Shown here: piece after piece, positions 18,690 to 28,006 of the stretch
Layout of the letters: every line of letters begins with the position of its first letter
How positions within the stretch are numbered: the stretch's first letter is position 1
Assembly: GCA_050251945.1 (NCBI GenBank)
Contig: JBFWLW010000009.1
Span: 21,431-85,430, forward strand
Direction: 5' to 3'
DNA length: 64,000 bases
Origin: Deferribacterales bacterium
GTDB taxonomy: Bacteria > Chrysiogenota > Deferribacteres > Deferribacterales > Geovibrionaceae
The notes under the pieces: model-generated
The model's input: only the letters and a program-made list of their open reading frames with translations
What the model was told of the DNA's origin: nothing
Database searches by the model: none
Position numbers and translations under genes: made by a program

Positions 18690-20255
18690 CTACAGTTCAT
18701 TATACTCAACAGACTCCTCGTCTGCGATGCTCTTTGAGACGTACACACGGAAAAGAGAGCCTTTATTCTGTTCCGATACTATTTCCAGTCTGCCTTTGTG
18801 TCCTTCCACTATGCGCGAGATAATTGACAGTCCCAGACCTGTGCCGGAAAATTCCCTTTTAACGTTTGTCGCTCTGTAAAAACGCTTGGTTACCTTCTCT
18901 ATCTCGTCAGCGGGAATACCGACACCAGAATCTTCAACCTCGATAATGCTGAACTGCTCACTGTCTTTCAGCCTGACTTTTATGAATCCTCCGCCGCGTG
19001 AGAATTTCACGGCATTTGATATCAGGTTTGCAAACACATGACGGAATGATTCCGCATCAGCGCACACCATTGCATCGTCGGGAATCTCTATTTCAAAGCT
19101 GATGTTCTTGTCAGCTATCTCTTTTTCATGTTCAGCGGCAATCTCTGAAGCCAGTTTGCTGATTTTCAGAGGCATAAAGTGATAAGGATACTGATTACTG
19201 TCCAGTCTGGACAACGTTATTATCTCACTGAAAAGGGTGTTAAGAAGTCTTGCGCTTTTCGCGATTGTAGCAAGGGACTTTTCCTTAACATCCGGCGAGC
19301 AGTCAAGTCCTTGTGTAATAAGCACTTCTGAATAAGAGATTATCTTTGTCAGCGGAGTTCGCAGTTCGTGAGCCAGCGAATCAAGTATATCCGATTTGAA
19401 TGAATTTATGGTTTTCAGTTCGTCGTTTCTTGTTTGCAGAACCTCAAGAACGGTTTTATACTGTTCCGTCACTCTGGCGAGCTGTTCTTTCAGCCTGTCT
19501 TCGTTTTCAAGTATGCTGTGGCGCATCATCTCAAAAGCTTCTGAAAGCTCCTGAATCTCGTCTCCGGTTTTTATGTTGACCTTTTTGGTGAAGTCACCCG
19601 TTTTATAGGAAACGGCCGCATCCGTGAGCGTTGACAGGTTTTTAAGTACCATCATGCGCAACAGGAGCGTAAGGGTAAAAACTATTCCGAGGAATGCTGC
19701 AAAGCCTGTTATCAGATAGTTCCGGTTATTCACAGCCATCGCCTTTTCAAGCGCTTTCATAGGGATGGTGACAGATATCCCGCCCCGCAGGTCGCCTATC
19801 CTGTATCCCTGATAATCGTGACATTCCATACATGCTTTATTGACATACAGAGGCGCCATATATCGGTAGAACCTGTCTTTGCCGATGGTTATTATCTCCT
19901 GATGTTCTTTCGCCCCTCCGGCAAACAGCCCCAGAGCTTTAACCTCGTATTCGTCCGGTGCATTCTCCGGATTTATAAGCTGCATGCTGGTTATGTGAAA
20001 CCTGAAATCGGTCATGCGTTCCGCGTATTTTGAAAGTTCCTTGGTGGCAACGGCGGGAACAGGCTTTATCTGATCCCTGTTCTCAGCCACCCATTGGCGG
20101 GTAACCACTATCATATCGAACATGGTCTTTGCCTGTGCGTGTGCCTGCTGCAAAAGAATTTTCTTCTGATTCTCAATGAAGACGTTTGTCATGGCGAGAA
20201 TAATAACGATTGTCACCAGCGTAATGCTGATGATGAGTTTTACGGTGAGTTTCAT
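18690..20255 (-). CDS. Sensor histidine kinase with periplasmic c-type haem (DUF3365-like) domain
   Basis: 2 TM, 'YRYMAPLYVNKACMECH', HAMP, H-box 'AHELRTPL', N/G boxes. Confidence 0.9.
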   Translation of the reverse strand: MKLTVKLIISITLVTIVIILAMTNVFIENQKKILLQQAHAQAKTMFDMIVVTRQWVAENRDQIKPVPAVATKELSKYAERMTDFRFHITSMQLINPENAPDEYEVKALGLFAGGAKEHQEIITIGKDRFYRYMAPLYVNKACMECHDYQGYRIGDLRGGISVTIPMKALEKAMAVNNRNYLITGFAAFLGIVFTLTLLLRMMVLKNLSTLTDAAVSYKTGDFTKKVNIKTGDEIQELSEAFEMMRHSILENEDRLKEQLARVTEQYKTVLEVLQTRNDELKTINSFKSDILDSLAHELRTPLTKIISYSEVLITQGLDCSPDVKEKSLATIAKSARLLNTLFSEIITLSRLDSNQYPYHFMPLKISKLASEIAAEHEKEIADKNISFEIEIPDDAMVCADAESFRHVFANLISNAVKFSRGGGFIKVRLKDSEQFSIIEVEDSGVGIPADEIEKVTKRFYRATNVKREFSGTGLGLSIISRIVEGHKGRLEIVSEQNKGSLFRVYVSKSIADEESVEYNEL

Positions 20256-20950
20256 TTTTTGATCTTGTAGCCCACGCCGGAAACCGTTTTGATGATATCG
20301 GGATTTTTCGGGTTGATCTCAACTTTCTGGCGCAGATTCTTGATATGCACATCGAGGCTTCTTGACCACGAATAGATGGAATTTTTACCCCAGATGTCGT
20401 TGACTATCGTATCGCGTGAAAGCACATGCCCCGCCTTTTCTATGAAATAGAGCAGGATATCGTATTCCTTCGGCGTAAGGCTCACCTTTTCACCCTTGAT
20501 AAACACCTGTCTGTTCGCCCTGTCGACATTCATGTGGTGAAAAACGGCGCTCTCGCCATCCTCATCCTCATGAACGGATGAAGTTTTTTCCGCGCGGCGC
20601 AGAATCGCCTTAACACGTGCAATCAGTTCTATGTTTTCAAACGGTTTTGTCATGTAATCGTCGGCACCGTATTCAAGACAGACGACCTTGTCGGAAACGT
20701 TGTCGCGCGCCGAAAGAATGAGTATGGGTACGTCCAGTTCGCTCCTGATTATCTTGCATATCTGCTGACCGTCTATGTCGGGCAGATTGAGATCCAGAAT
20801 TATCATAGCGGGATTGTTGTCTCTTGCAAGTGAAAGCCCTGTCATGCCGTTGGGAGCGGTAAGTACGTTATATTTTTCGAGATTTAAAAGGAGTTTAAGG
20901 ATATCAAGGATTTCCTGATCGTCGTCAATCACCAGAATAGTCGTACTCAT
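20252..20950 (-). CDS. OmpR/PhoB family response regulator
   Basis: REC 'ILDLNLPDIDG', 'GADDYMTKPF', winged helix 'LDVHIKNLRQK...TVSGVGY'; 4-bp overlap with the kinase. Confidence 0.93.
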   Translation of the reverse strand: MSTTILVIDDDQEILDILKLLLNLEKYNVLTAPNGMTGLSLARDNNPAMIILDLNLPDIDGQQICKIIRSELDVPILILSARDNVSDKVVCLEYGADDYMTKPFENIELIARVKAILRRAEKTSSVHEDEDGESAVFHHMNVDRANRQVFIKGEKVSLTPKEYDILLYFIEKAGHVLSRDTIVNDIWGKNSIYSWSRSLDVHIKNLRQKVEINPKNPDIIKTVSGVGYKIKK

Positions 20951-21012
20951 CTGTCACCCTGTATATTAAGTTATGGATAAGTTTAACATTATTTTCTCAG
21001 AAAAGCAAAATT

Positions 21013-21047
21013 CTCCGCATGGACTGATTTTCACAACCCATGCGGAG
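21013..21047 (-). terminator. Hairpin terminator after the MCP gene
   Basis: CTCCGCATGG...CCATGCGGAG 10-bp stem followed by a T-rich tract on the minus strand. Confidence 0.55.
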
Positions 21048-21051
21048 TATA

Positions 21052-22737
21052 TTAACCTCTGGTCTTGAATCTGCTCACCATTGAATGAAGATCGTCCGCC
21101 TGTTTCTGGAGGTCGGCAACTGTTGTTGTCACCTGTGCCAGAGCGTTTGAGCTTTCGTCGATACCCGACGATATCACCTGTGCGTTATCGTTAATATTGG
21201 CAATAGCTGTGACCTGTTCCTGAATGGAGCTGTTGATGGTCTGGTTGGTCGCGTTGATACTTCCCACAGAATCCACTATCTGCTCAAAAACCGCTTCCGT
21301 GCTTTCTATGGCTTTTGCACCGGAAACAACTTTATTCGTTGCTTCCTGCATGTCTTTGGTCGCCGTTTTGGTTTCGTTTTGCAGACTTACGATAATGTTC
21401 TCAATCTCTTTTGTGGCGCTCTGCGTGCGTTCGGCAAGTTTGCGCACCTCGTCGGCAACAACTGCGAAACCGCGTCCGTGTTCCCCTGCCCTTGCCGCTT
21501 CTATGGCAGCGTTGAGGGCAAGCAGGTTCGTCTGGTCGGCAATGTCGTTGATAACGTTTGTAATATTACCTATTTCAGAGGATGAGTTCGCAAGGCTGTC
21601 AATGGTCTTGCCCAGTTTCTCAACCTTTTCTCTGATGCCCATGACCTCGGAAACGGAGCTTAAAAGCTGTTCTTTTCCACTCTTGGTGAGCTGTTCGGCA
21701 TTTGCCGCCTGATCGTTCGCCTCACTTATGGACTGCATAACCTGCTGAGAGGTGACGCTTATCTCTTCTGTCGCGCTGGCAACGGATGTCACCTGACTTG
21801 CCTGATCCTGAAATGTTACGGTAAGTTCTTCGGTTGTGCTCGCAAGCTCGGTGCTTGCGGAGGCGACATTCTCTGAACCTTCTTTTACTATTGAGATTAT
21901 CTCGTTAAGTTTTCCTATGAACTTGTTGAAATGTTTTGCCATCTCTCCCATTTCATCGTTGGAGAGAACTGCCAGATCACGGGTGAGGTCTCCTTCTCCG
22001 TCTGAAACTTCCTTAAGGAACTGATTTATGGCTTTAATGCTTTTTGTAAGTACACTTGAAAGTACGAATGCCACAATCACAATACCGAGAGTTATAAGAA
22101 CGGACATACCGACAATGATCATAATGGTTCTGGCGATAACCTTTTTAAGTCTCGCCTCTTTTGAGTTGACGGCATCCTGTATGTCATCGACATAGAAACC
22201 GGTTCCCATTACCCAGTTCCACTTTTTAAGTGCAACCGCATAGCTGAGTTTTTCTACTTCCGTATTTTTTGATGATTTATACCACTGATAGCTGACATAA
22301 CCGCCGCCTTTTTCCGCAGCAGCGATAAGGTCTTTAAAAATGTATACACCGTTCTTGTCCTGCATATCTATCAGGTTTTGACCTATAATCTCCGGTTTCG
22401 CCCTGTTCGCCAGAGCAATACCGTCGGTATCGTTAAGGAACACATAGCCGTCGGCACCGTAATAAAGAGACTGTATCTTTGCCGCCGCTTTTGCTTTTGC
22501 ATCTTCATCACCGGCGGATGCGTTATCATATATATCTTTAATGGAAGAAAGAGCCAGATCGATATACTGTTTAAGTTCCTGCTCTTTCGCGGCTCGCATA
22601 CTCTCTCTGAAATCCGTGATCTCAGACTCTCCAATTTTCTTAAGCTGATAATAGGTAAAAATGCTGAGGAACAATGCTGTAAGAAGAACTGGAACCACTG
22701 CCATCAAAGCAATTTTGTATCTTATGGAAAGGTTCAT
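21052..22737 (-). CDS. Methyl-accepting chemotaxis protein with single Cache domain
   Basis: 'DGYVF...[12 protein letters not shown]...GGYVSYQW...KLSY...[13 protein letters not shown]', HAMP, MCP signalling domain. Confidence 0.93.
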   Translation of the reverse strand: MNLSIRYKIALMAVVPVLLTALFLSIFTYYQLKKIGESEITDFRESMRAAKEQELKQYIDLALSSIKDIYDNASAGDEDAKAKAAAKIQSLYYGADGYVFLNDTDGIALANRAKPEIIGQNLIDMQDKNGVYIFKDLIAAAEKGGGYVSYQWYKSSKNTEVEKLSYAVALKKWNWVMGTGFYVDDIQDAVNSKEARLKKVIARTIMIIVGMSVLITLGIVIVAFVLSSVLTKSIKAINQFLKEVSDGEGDLTRDLAVLSNDEMGEMAKHFNKFIGKLNEIISIVKEGSENVASASTELASTTEELTVTFQDQASQVTSVASATEEISVTSQQVMQSISEANDQAANAEQLTKSGKEQLLSSVSEVMGIREKVEKLGKTIDSLANSSSEIGNITNVINDIADQTNLLALNAAIEAARAGEHGRGFAVVADEVRKLAERTQSATKEIENIIVSLQNETKTATKDMQEATNKVVSGAKAIESTEAVFEQIVDSVGSINATNQTINSSIQEQVTAIANINDNAQVISSGIDESSNALAQVTTTVADLQKQADDLHSMVSRFKTRG

Positions 22738-22861
22738 CGTGCCTCCGGAAAACAAATAATTGTATATATTTATTCTGACAATTGTTACTTTTTATTTAAT
22801 AAATTTCAAGTAAATATTACTATGACCTTGAAATAATCATCCAATTATGGTGAATAGAGGA

Positions 22862-24040
22862 ATGAAAACTGTAACACTCAAAAAACTCAAAGACAAGCTG
22901 GCAAAAAACAAGAATCCATGGATATTTTCCGGTGCGATACACTCCGCAGACAAGGGGATCATAAACGGCGAAACAGTAAAAGTGGTTGATTCTGAAAAAC
23001 GGTTCATTGCATACGGATTTTACAGTGAATTCAGTGCGATAACCCTGAGACTGTTCTCATGGAACGAAGAGGAAACCTTCGGTGCGGAATTGATCAGAAA
23101 AAGGCTCACATCGGCACTCGCCGCCAGAAAAAAGTTAATTGACGGCGAAACAACAGACAGTTACCGCCTGCTTTACGGCGAGGCGGACGGACTGCCCGGC
23201 TACATCGCCGACATATACAGCGGACACGTCGGACTTCAGGTAAACACCGCCTCGGCGGTTTACTATCTGCCGATGATGAAAGAAGCTCTCACAGAAGTAA
23301 TAAGCCCGCTATCTATATATGTCCGCCCCGCAGACGAACTGGCAAAAAAAGAGATGATACGCTATCCTGAGCAGTGCATATACGGAAACACGCCCGACAG
23401 CATCATTATAAAAGAGAACGGACTTAAGATATCCGCAAGCCTTATAAGCGGACAAAAAACAGGATATTACTTTGACCAGCGCGAAAACAGGCGCATAGCG
23501 GCGGCTTATGCGAAGGGTCAGGACGTTCTGGACTGTTTCTGCTATACAGGCGGCTTTTCTCTGAATGCAGCGGCAAACGGCGCAAAGTCAATCACAAGCG
23601 TGGACTCCTCGGCTGACGCGCTTGCCAACCTTAAAGAGAACTTCGCCCTTAACGGTCTTGAGGCTCCGGAAACCGTAAAAGCCGACATTTTTGAGTATCT
23701 TCGCGAAAGAAACACGGATTCACAAAAACACGACATCATAATTCTCGACCCGCCCAAACTTGCCAAGTCACAATCCTCTGTGGAACAGGCTTTGCGCGCT
23801 TATAAAGACCTGAACATGCTCGGCATGAAAAAGATGAAAAATAACGGAATTTTCATTTCTTTCTCGTGTTCCGGCAGGGTTTCCAGAGAAGATTTCATAA
23901 AATCCGTCGCATGGGCAGCAAAAGACGCAGGCAGAACCTTAAGAATAACAGGTTTTCTCTCCCAGAGCTGCGATCATCCGATAAACCCGTTTTTCCCTGA
24001 ATCAGAATACCTTAAAGGGATTGTCGGCATAGTTGAATAA
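22862..24040 (+). CDS. rlmI: RlmI-family 23S rRNA m5C methyltransferase
   Basis: PUA-like 'NPWIFSG', 'EADGLPG', 'GQKTGYYFDQRENR', 'ILDPPKLA', 'FPESEYLKG'. Confidence 0.88.
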   Translation: MKTVTLKKLKDKLAKNKNPWIFSGAIHSADKGIINGETVKVVDSEKRFIAYGFYSEFSAITLRLFSWNEEETFGAELIRKRLTSALAARKKLIDGETTDSYRLLYGEADGLPGYIADIYSGHVGLQVNTASAVYYLPMMKEALTEVISPLSIYVRPADELAKKEMIRYPEQCIYGNTPDSIIIKENGLKISASLISGQKTGYYFDQRENRRIAAAYAKGQDVLDCFCYTGGFSLNAAANGAKSITSVDSSADALANLKENFALNGLEAPETVKADIFEYLRERNTDSQKHDIIILDPPKLAKSQSSVEQALRAYKDLNMLGMKKMKNNGIFISFSCSGRVSREDFIKSVAWAAKDAGRTLRITGFLSQSCDHPINPFFPESEYLKGIVGIVE

Positions 24041-24144
24041 TGCTTTTGTTATAATTTTGTGATTTCTTGCTTTTCTGGTCAGTTTTTTATAGACTGCTGC
24101 ACATTATTTGTATTATAAGTACAGATTCTTTTACTCGGTGGATA

Positions 24145-25239
24145 ATGAGCAGCGAAAACGACATAGTAAAACTGGAAAGCATCTCTAAATCATTCGGCGG
24201 ACACGGTGTTGTCTACAACCTCGACCTGTGCATAAAGGACGGGGAGTTCGTGACACTTCTCGGTCCCTCCGGATGCGGAAAAACAACTCTTCTTCGTATA
24301 ATAGCCGGACTTGAAACACAGGACTTCGGCAAGGTGTTCATCGGCGGCAAGGATGTCAGCATCATCCCCCCGAACAAGCGTGAAGTGAATACCGTTTTCC
24401 AGAGCTATGCACTCTTCCCCCATATGACGGTATTTGACAACGTAGCTTTCGGACTTAAAATGAGCAAAGTTGCGAAATCGGAGATAAAAGAGCGCGTTAA
24501 AGAGGCGCTTGATACCGTCATGCTCTCAAACTTCGCAGACCGCATGCCGCAGAACCTTTCCGGCGGTCAGCAGCAGAGGGTAGCCATAGCAAGGGCTATC
24601 GTAAAACGTCCGAAGGTGCTTCTTCTGGACGAACCGCTCTCCGCACTGGACTACAAACTGCGCAAACAGATGCAGACTGAGCTGAAACACATTCACCGCA
24701 AGCTCGGCATCACATTCGTTTTCGTCACGCACGATCAGGAGGAGGCTCTCTCCATGTCCGACCGCGTGGTGGTAATGAACGAAGGCGTTATCCAGCAGGA
24801 CGGCTCGCCGAAAGAGGTTTACGAGAACCCCAAAAACATGTTCGTAGCAAAATTTGTGGGCGAGATTAACGTCCTTCAGGCGGTCATAGAAAAAACCGTT
24901 AACGGCAAACTGCGCGCCAATGTCGAGGGCAGACAGTGCCGGCTTACCAAAAAACATACTTATGTCGAAGGCGACAGGGTGAAACTCCTTCTGCGCCCCG
25001 AAGACATCAGACTTGAACATATCAAAGACGCCGACAGCGACTATCCGCTTCAGGGCATCATAGAGGAAACCACATACAAGGGAGCTACGCTCGATTCCAC
25101 AGTCCGTTTGGACAGCGGAACACAGATAATGGCGAGCGAGTTCTTTGACGAGGACGACCCCGAATTTGAATATAAGACAGGTGAAAAGGTCGCCGTCAAA
25201 TGGGTTGACGGCTGGGAGGTACTGCTTCCCGATGACTGA
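24145..25239 (+). CDS. potA: Spermidine/putrescine ABC transporter ATPase
   Basis: Walker A GPSGCGKT, 'VNTVFQSYALFPH', LSGGQ, 'LDEPLSALDYKLR'. Confidence 0.93.
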   Translation: MSSENDIVKLESISKSFGGHGVVYNLDLCIKDGEFVTLLGPSGCGKTTLLRIIAGLETQDFGKVFIGGKDVSIIPPNKREVNTVFQSYALFPHMTVFDNVAFGLKMSKVAKSEIKERVKEALDTVMLSNFADRMPQNLSGGQQQRVAIARAIVKRPKVLLLDEPLSALDYKLRKQMQTELKHIHRKLGITFVFVTHDQEEALSMSDRVVVMNEGVIQQDGSPKEVYENPKNMFVAKFVGEINVLQAVIEKTVNGKLRANVEGRQCRLTKKHTYVEGDRVKLLLRPEDIRLEHIKDADSDYPLQGIIEETTYKGATLDSTVRLDSGTQIMASEFFDEDDPEFEYKTGEKVAVKWVDGWEVLLPDD

Positions 25240-26083
25240 AAAAAACCGTTTTAAAACTTTTTCCGTAACGCTTATCTCCGTCTGGCTCATCCTCCTGGTT
25301 CTTGTGCCGACGCTGATGGTTATAGCGGTCAGCTTCATGACCAGCAACACACCGGGGGAAATATCTCCGGTTTTCACTCTAAGCAATTACAAGGCTATCA
25401 GAGACCCGCTGTTCTTGCAGGTTCTGGCGGATTCGTTCGAGATGGCGTTCATAACGACGGCTCTCTGCCTTATGGTGGGCTATCCGTTTGCGTATAATCT
25501 TTCAAAATATAAAGGAAAATTTAAAAGCCTCCTGCTGGTGCTTATCATTATCCCGTTCTGGACAAGCTCACTGATACGCACCTATGCGATAATCATAATA
25601 ATAAAGACCAACGGAGTTCTGAACAGCGTGCTTATGGCTGTCGGCATCATAGACGAACCGCTCAGGCTCATGTACACGGAAACTGCCGTTCTGGTGGGGA
25701 TGGTCTATTCACTTCTGCCCTTTATGATACTCCCGCTGTATGCCGTGCTTGAAAAGCTGGACGGCAAACTTATCGAAGCGGCAAAGGATCTCGGTGCGGG
25801 GCGTATGCGCACCTTCTGGCATGTGGTGATTCCGCTCTCAATGCCCGGCGTGATAGCCGGCAGTATGCTTGTTTTCCTTCCGACCCTCTGTCTGTTCTAC
25901 ATATCGGACGTACTGGGCGGCGCAAAGTCCCTGCTGATAGGAAACTTCATAAGAAACCAGTTTCTGCTCACCCGCAACTGGCCCATGGGCGCGGCAGCAA
26001 GCATGATACTCACAGTGCTGATGTTCATCGTCATATACATTTACTATAGAAGCACCAAGAAAACAGGCAGGGAAGCCATATGA
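25232..26083 (+). CDS. potB: Spermidine/putrescine ABC permease
   Basis: 'IPFWTSSLIRTYA', EAA motif 'EAAKDLGA'. Confidence 0.92.
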   Translation: MTEKNRFKTFSVTLISVWLILLVLVPTLMVIAVSFMTSNTPGEISPVFTLSNYKAIRDPLFLQVLADSFEMAFITTALCLMVGYPFAYNLSKYKGKFKSLLLVLIIIPFWTSSLIRTYAIIIIIKTNGVLNSVLMAVGIIDEPLRLMYTETAVLVGMVYSLLPFMILPLYAVLEKLDGKLIEAAKDLGAGRMRTFWHVVIPLSMPGVIAGSMLVFLPTLCLFYISDVLGGAKSLLIGNFIRNQFLLTRNWPMGAAASMILTVLMFIVIYIYYRSTKKTGREAI

Positions 26084-26847
26084 TGCGTTCACTGAAAATA
26101 GGATATTCAACATTAGTTTACGCTTTCCTGTATGTACCGATATTCGTGCTTATAGTCTATTCGTTCAACGCGTCAAAGTTCGGAACGTCATGGCAGGGGT
26201 TCACATTCAAATGGTATGAAAACCTGCTGAACAACACATCCCTTATGACGGCGGCGGGCAACTCGGTTCTTGTGGCAACACTCTCCGCAACCTGCGCAAC
26301 GATAATAGGTTCGCTTGCGGCTGTTGCTTTTTACAGATACACGTTCAGGGGCAAAAAAGTGATAATGTCGCTGGTGTACATTCTTATGATGGCACCCGAC
26401 ATAGTTATGGGTATCAGTCTGCTGATACTTTTCATTACGATTCATATGGAACCGGGGTTTATCACCCTTCTGCTTTCGCATATAACGTTCAACATCCCTT
26501 TCGTGGCTGTTACGGTCATGTCGCGCATGAAGGGGTTTGACAAAAACCTTTTCGATGCGGCGGGGGATCTCGGCGCAACAGAGTTTCAAACCGTCCGCCA
26601 CGTTCTGTTTCCTATGATGCTTCCCGCCGTGGCGGCAGGATGGCTGTTGGCATTTACACTTTCTATGGATGATGTTATCATAAGCTTCTTCGTAACCGGT
26701 CCCGACTTTGAGATACTGCCACTGCGCATATACTCAATGGTCAGGCTGGGAGTTAAGCCGGAGGTGAACGCCCTCTGTACGGTGATGTTCACCCTTTCGC
26801 TTGTGATAGTTATGATATCTCAAATACTTAACAGGGAGAGAAAATGA
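26080..26847 (+). CDS. potC: Spermidine/putrescine ABC permease
   Basis: 'YSFNAS', 'DAAGDLGA', 'FTLSMDDVI', 'PEVNAL'. Confidence 0.92.
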   Translation: MMRSLKIGYSTLVYAFLYVPIFVLIVYSFNASKFGTSWQGFTFKWYENLLNNTSLMTAAGNSVLVATLSATCATIIGSLAAVAFYRYTFRGKKVIMSLVYILMMAPDIVMGISLLILFITIHMEPGFITLLLSHITFNIPFVAVTVMSRMKGFDKNLFDAAGDLGATEFQTVRHVLFPMMLPAVAAGWLLAFTLSMDDVIISFFVTGPDFEILPLRIYSMVRLGVKPEVNALCTVMFTLSLVIVMISQILNRERK

Positions 26848-27872
26848 AAAGACTGATCTTTGCTATTGTTCTTTGCCTTTTGGCATCTTCAGCTTTCGCC
26901 AAAGAGGCGGTCTACGTCTACAACTGGTCGGAATATATCCCCGAACAGGTTCTCAGCAATTTTGAAAAAGAGACGGGAATCAAGGTGATATACACCACCT
27001 ACGACAGCAACGAGGTGATGTATTCAAAAGTGAAAGTGCTTGGCGGCAAAGGATATGATGTTATCTTCCCCTCCACCTATTATGTGAACAGGATGCAGAA
27101 GGAAGGACTCCTTACCCCGCTTAACAAAAAGCTTCTGCCCAATATCAAAAACATGGAACCCTCGCTGATGAATAAGCCTTATGACGAAGGCAACAAATAC
27201 AGCGTTCCCTATCTCTGGGGTTCAACGTCCCTCGCCATCAACTCCGACTTCGTTGACGCGAAAAAAGCGAACACCTACCGCATCCTCTGGGATTCCAAAT
27301 ATAAAGGCAAAGTGATCCTCACCGACGACCTGCGCGAAGTATTCCACATAGCGCTCAGAATTCTGGGTTATTCCGGAAACGAAACCGATCCGGAGAAAAT
27401 TAAGAAGGCATACGAACTTCTGCGCAAACTGCGCCCAAACGTACGGGTTTACAACTCGGATTCGCCCAAAATACCGTTCATCAACGGCGAAGTAACTCTG
27501 GGGCTGACCTTCAACGGCGAAATGTATGCCGCAGCACAGGAAAACCCCGCTATCAAATACATCTATCCCAAAGAGGGAGCTATCTTCTGGGTGGACAGCA
27601 TGTGCATACCCAAAGGCTCAAAGAACGTTGCAAACGCTCATAAGTTCATCAACTATATAATGAAACCGGAAGTTGCAAAACTGATAAGCGAAGAGGTGGG
27701 ATATCCCAGCCCCAACAAGGCGGGCGTGGCTCTGCTGGACAAATCCGTCCGCACAAATCCGACAATCTACCCTCCTCTGAACATCATAAAACAGGGCGAG
27801 TTTCAGCTTGATGTCGGCGACTCTATCAAAGTTTACGAAAAATACTGGAACCTGCTGAAATCCGGAAAATAA
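26844..27872 (+). CDS. potD: Spermidine/putrescine-binding periplasmic protein
   Basis: Signal peptide, 'YNWSEYIP', 'TYDSNE', 'YSVPYLWG', 'PKEG..FWVD'. Confidence 0.92.
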   Translation: MKRLIFAIVLCLLASSAFAKEAVYVYNWSEYIPEQVLSNFEKETGIKVIYTTYDSNEVMYSKVKVLGGKGYDVIFPSTYYVNRMQKEGLLTPLNKKLLPNIKNMEPSLMNKPYDEGNKYSVPYLWGSTSLAINSDFVDAKKANTYRILWDSKYKGKVILTDDLREVFHIALRILGYSGNETDPEKIKKAYELLRKLRPNVRVYNSDSPKIPFINGEVTLGLTFNGEMYAAAQENPAIKYIYPKEGAIFWVDSMCIPKGSKNVANAHKFINYIMKPEVAKLISEEVGYPSPNKAGVALLDKSVRTNPTIYPPLNIIKQGEFQLDVGDSIKVYEKYWNLLKSGK

Positions 27873-27878
27873 TTAAAC

Positions 27879-27909
27879 AAAGCGGAGGCAAAAACCTCCG
27901 CTTTTTTTT
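27879..27909 (+). terminator. Rho-independent terminator of potABCD
   Basis: AAAGCGGAGG-CAAAAA-CCTCCGCTTT followed by a T run. Confidence 0.85.
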
Positions 27910-28006
27910 CTACCCTTTTGGGTAGGTGACAAATTTTTTACACCGCTTCTGTTGAGATTATGTCCATTTTAGTGGATAATTCATCATCTCTTCATTACGG
28001 TGTTAT

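Noticed and set aside
18620..18690. Fur-box-like GATAAT sequences upstream of ykgJ
   Set aside because: Poor match in a very AT-rich stretch; cannot be distinguished from chance.
21380..21560. Nucleotide similarity among MCP genes (about 4710-4840, 21380-21560, 62090-62220)
   Set aside because: Expected conservation of the chemoreceptor signalling hairpin, not a repeat element.
24526..25386. Long antisense ORFs (also 15229-16017, 32270-33109, 50336-51175, 51906-52523)
   Set aside because: Shadow frames opposite well-conserved genes, with no motifs of their own.
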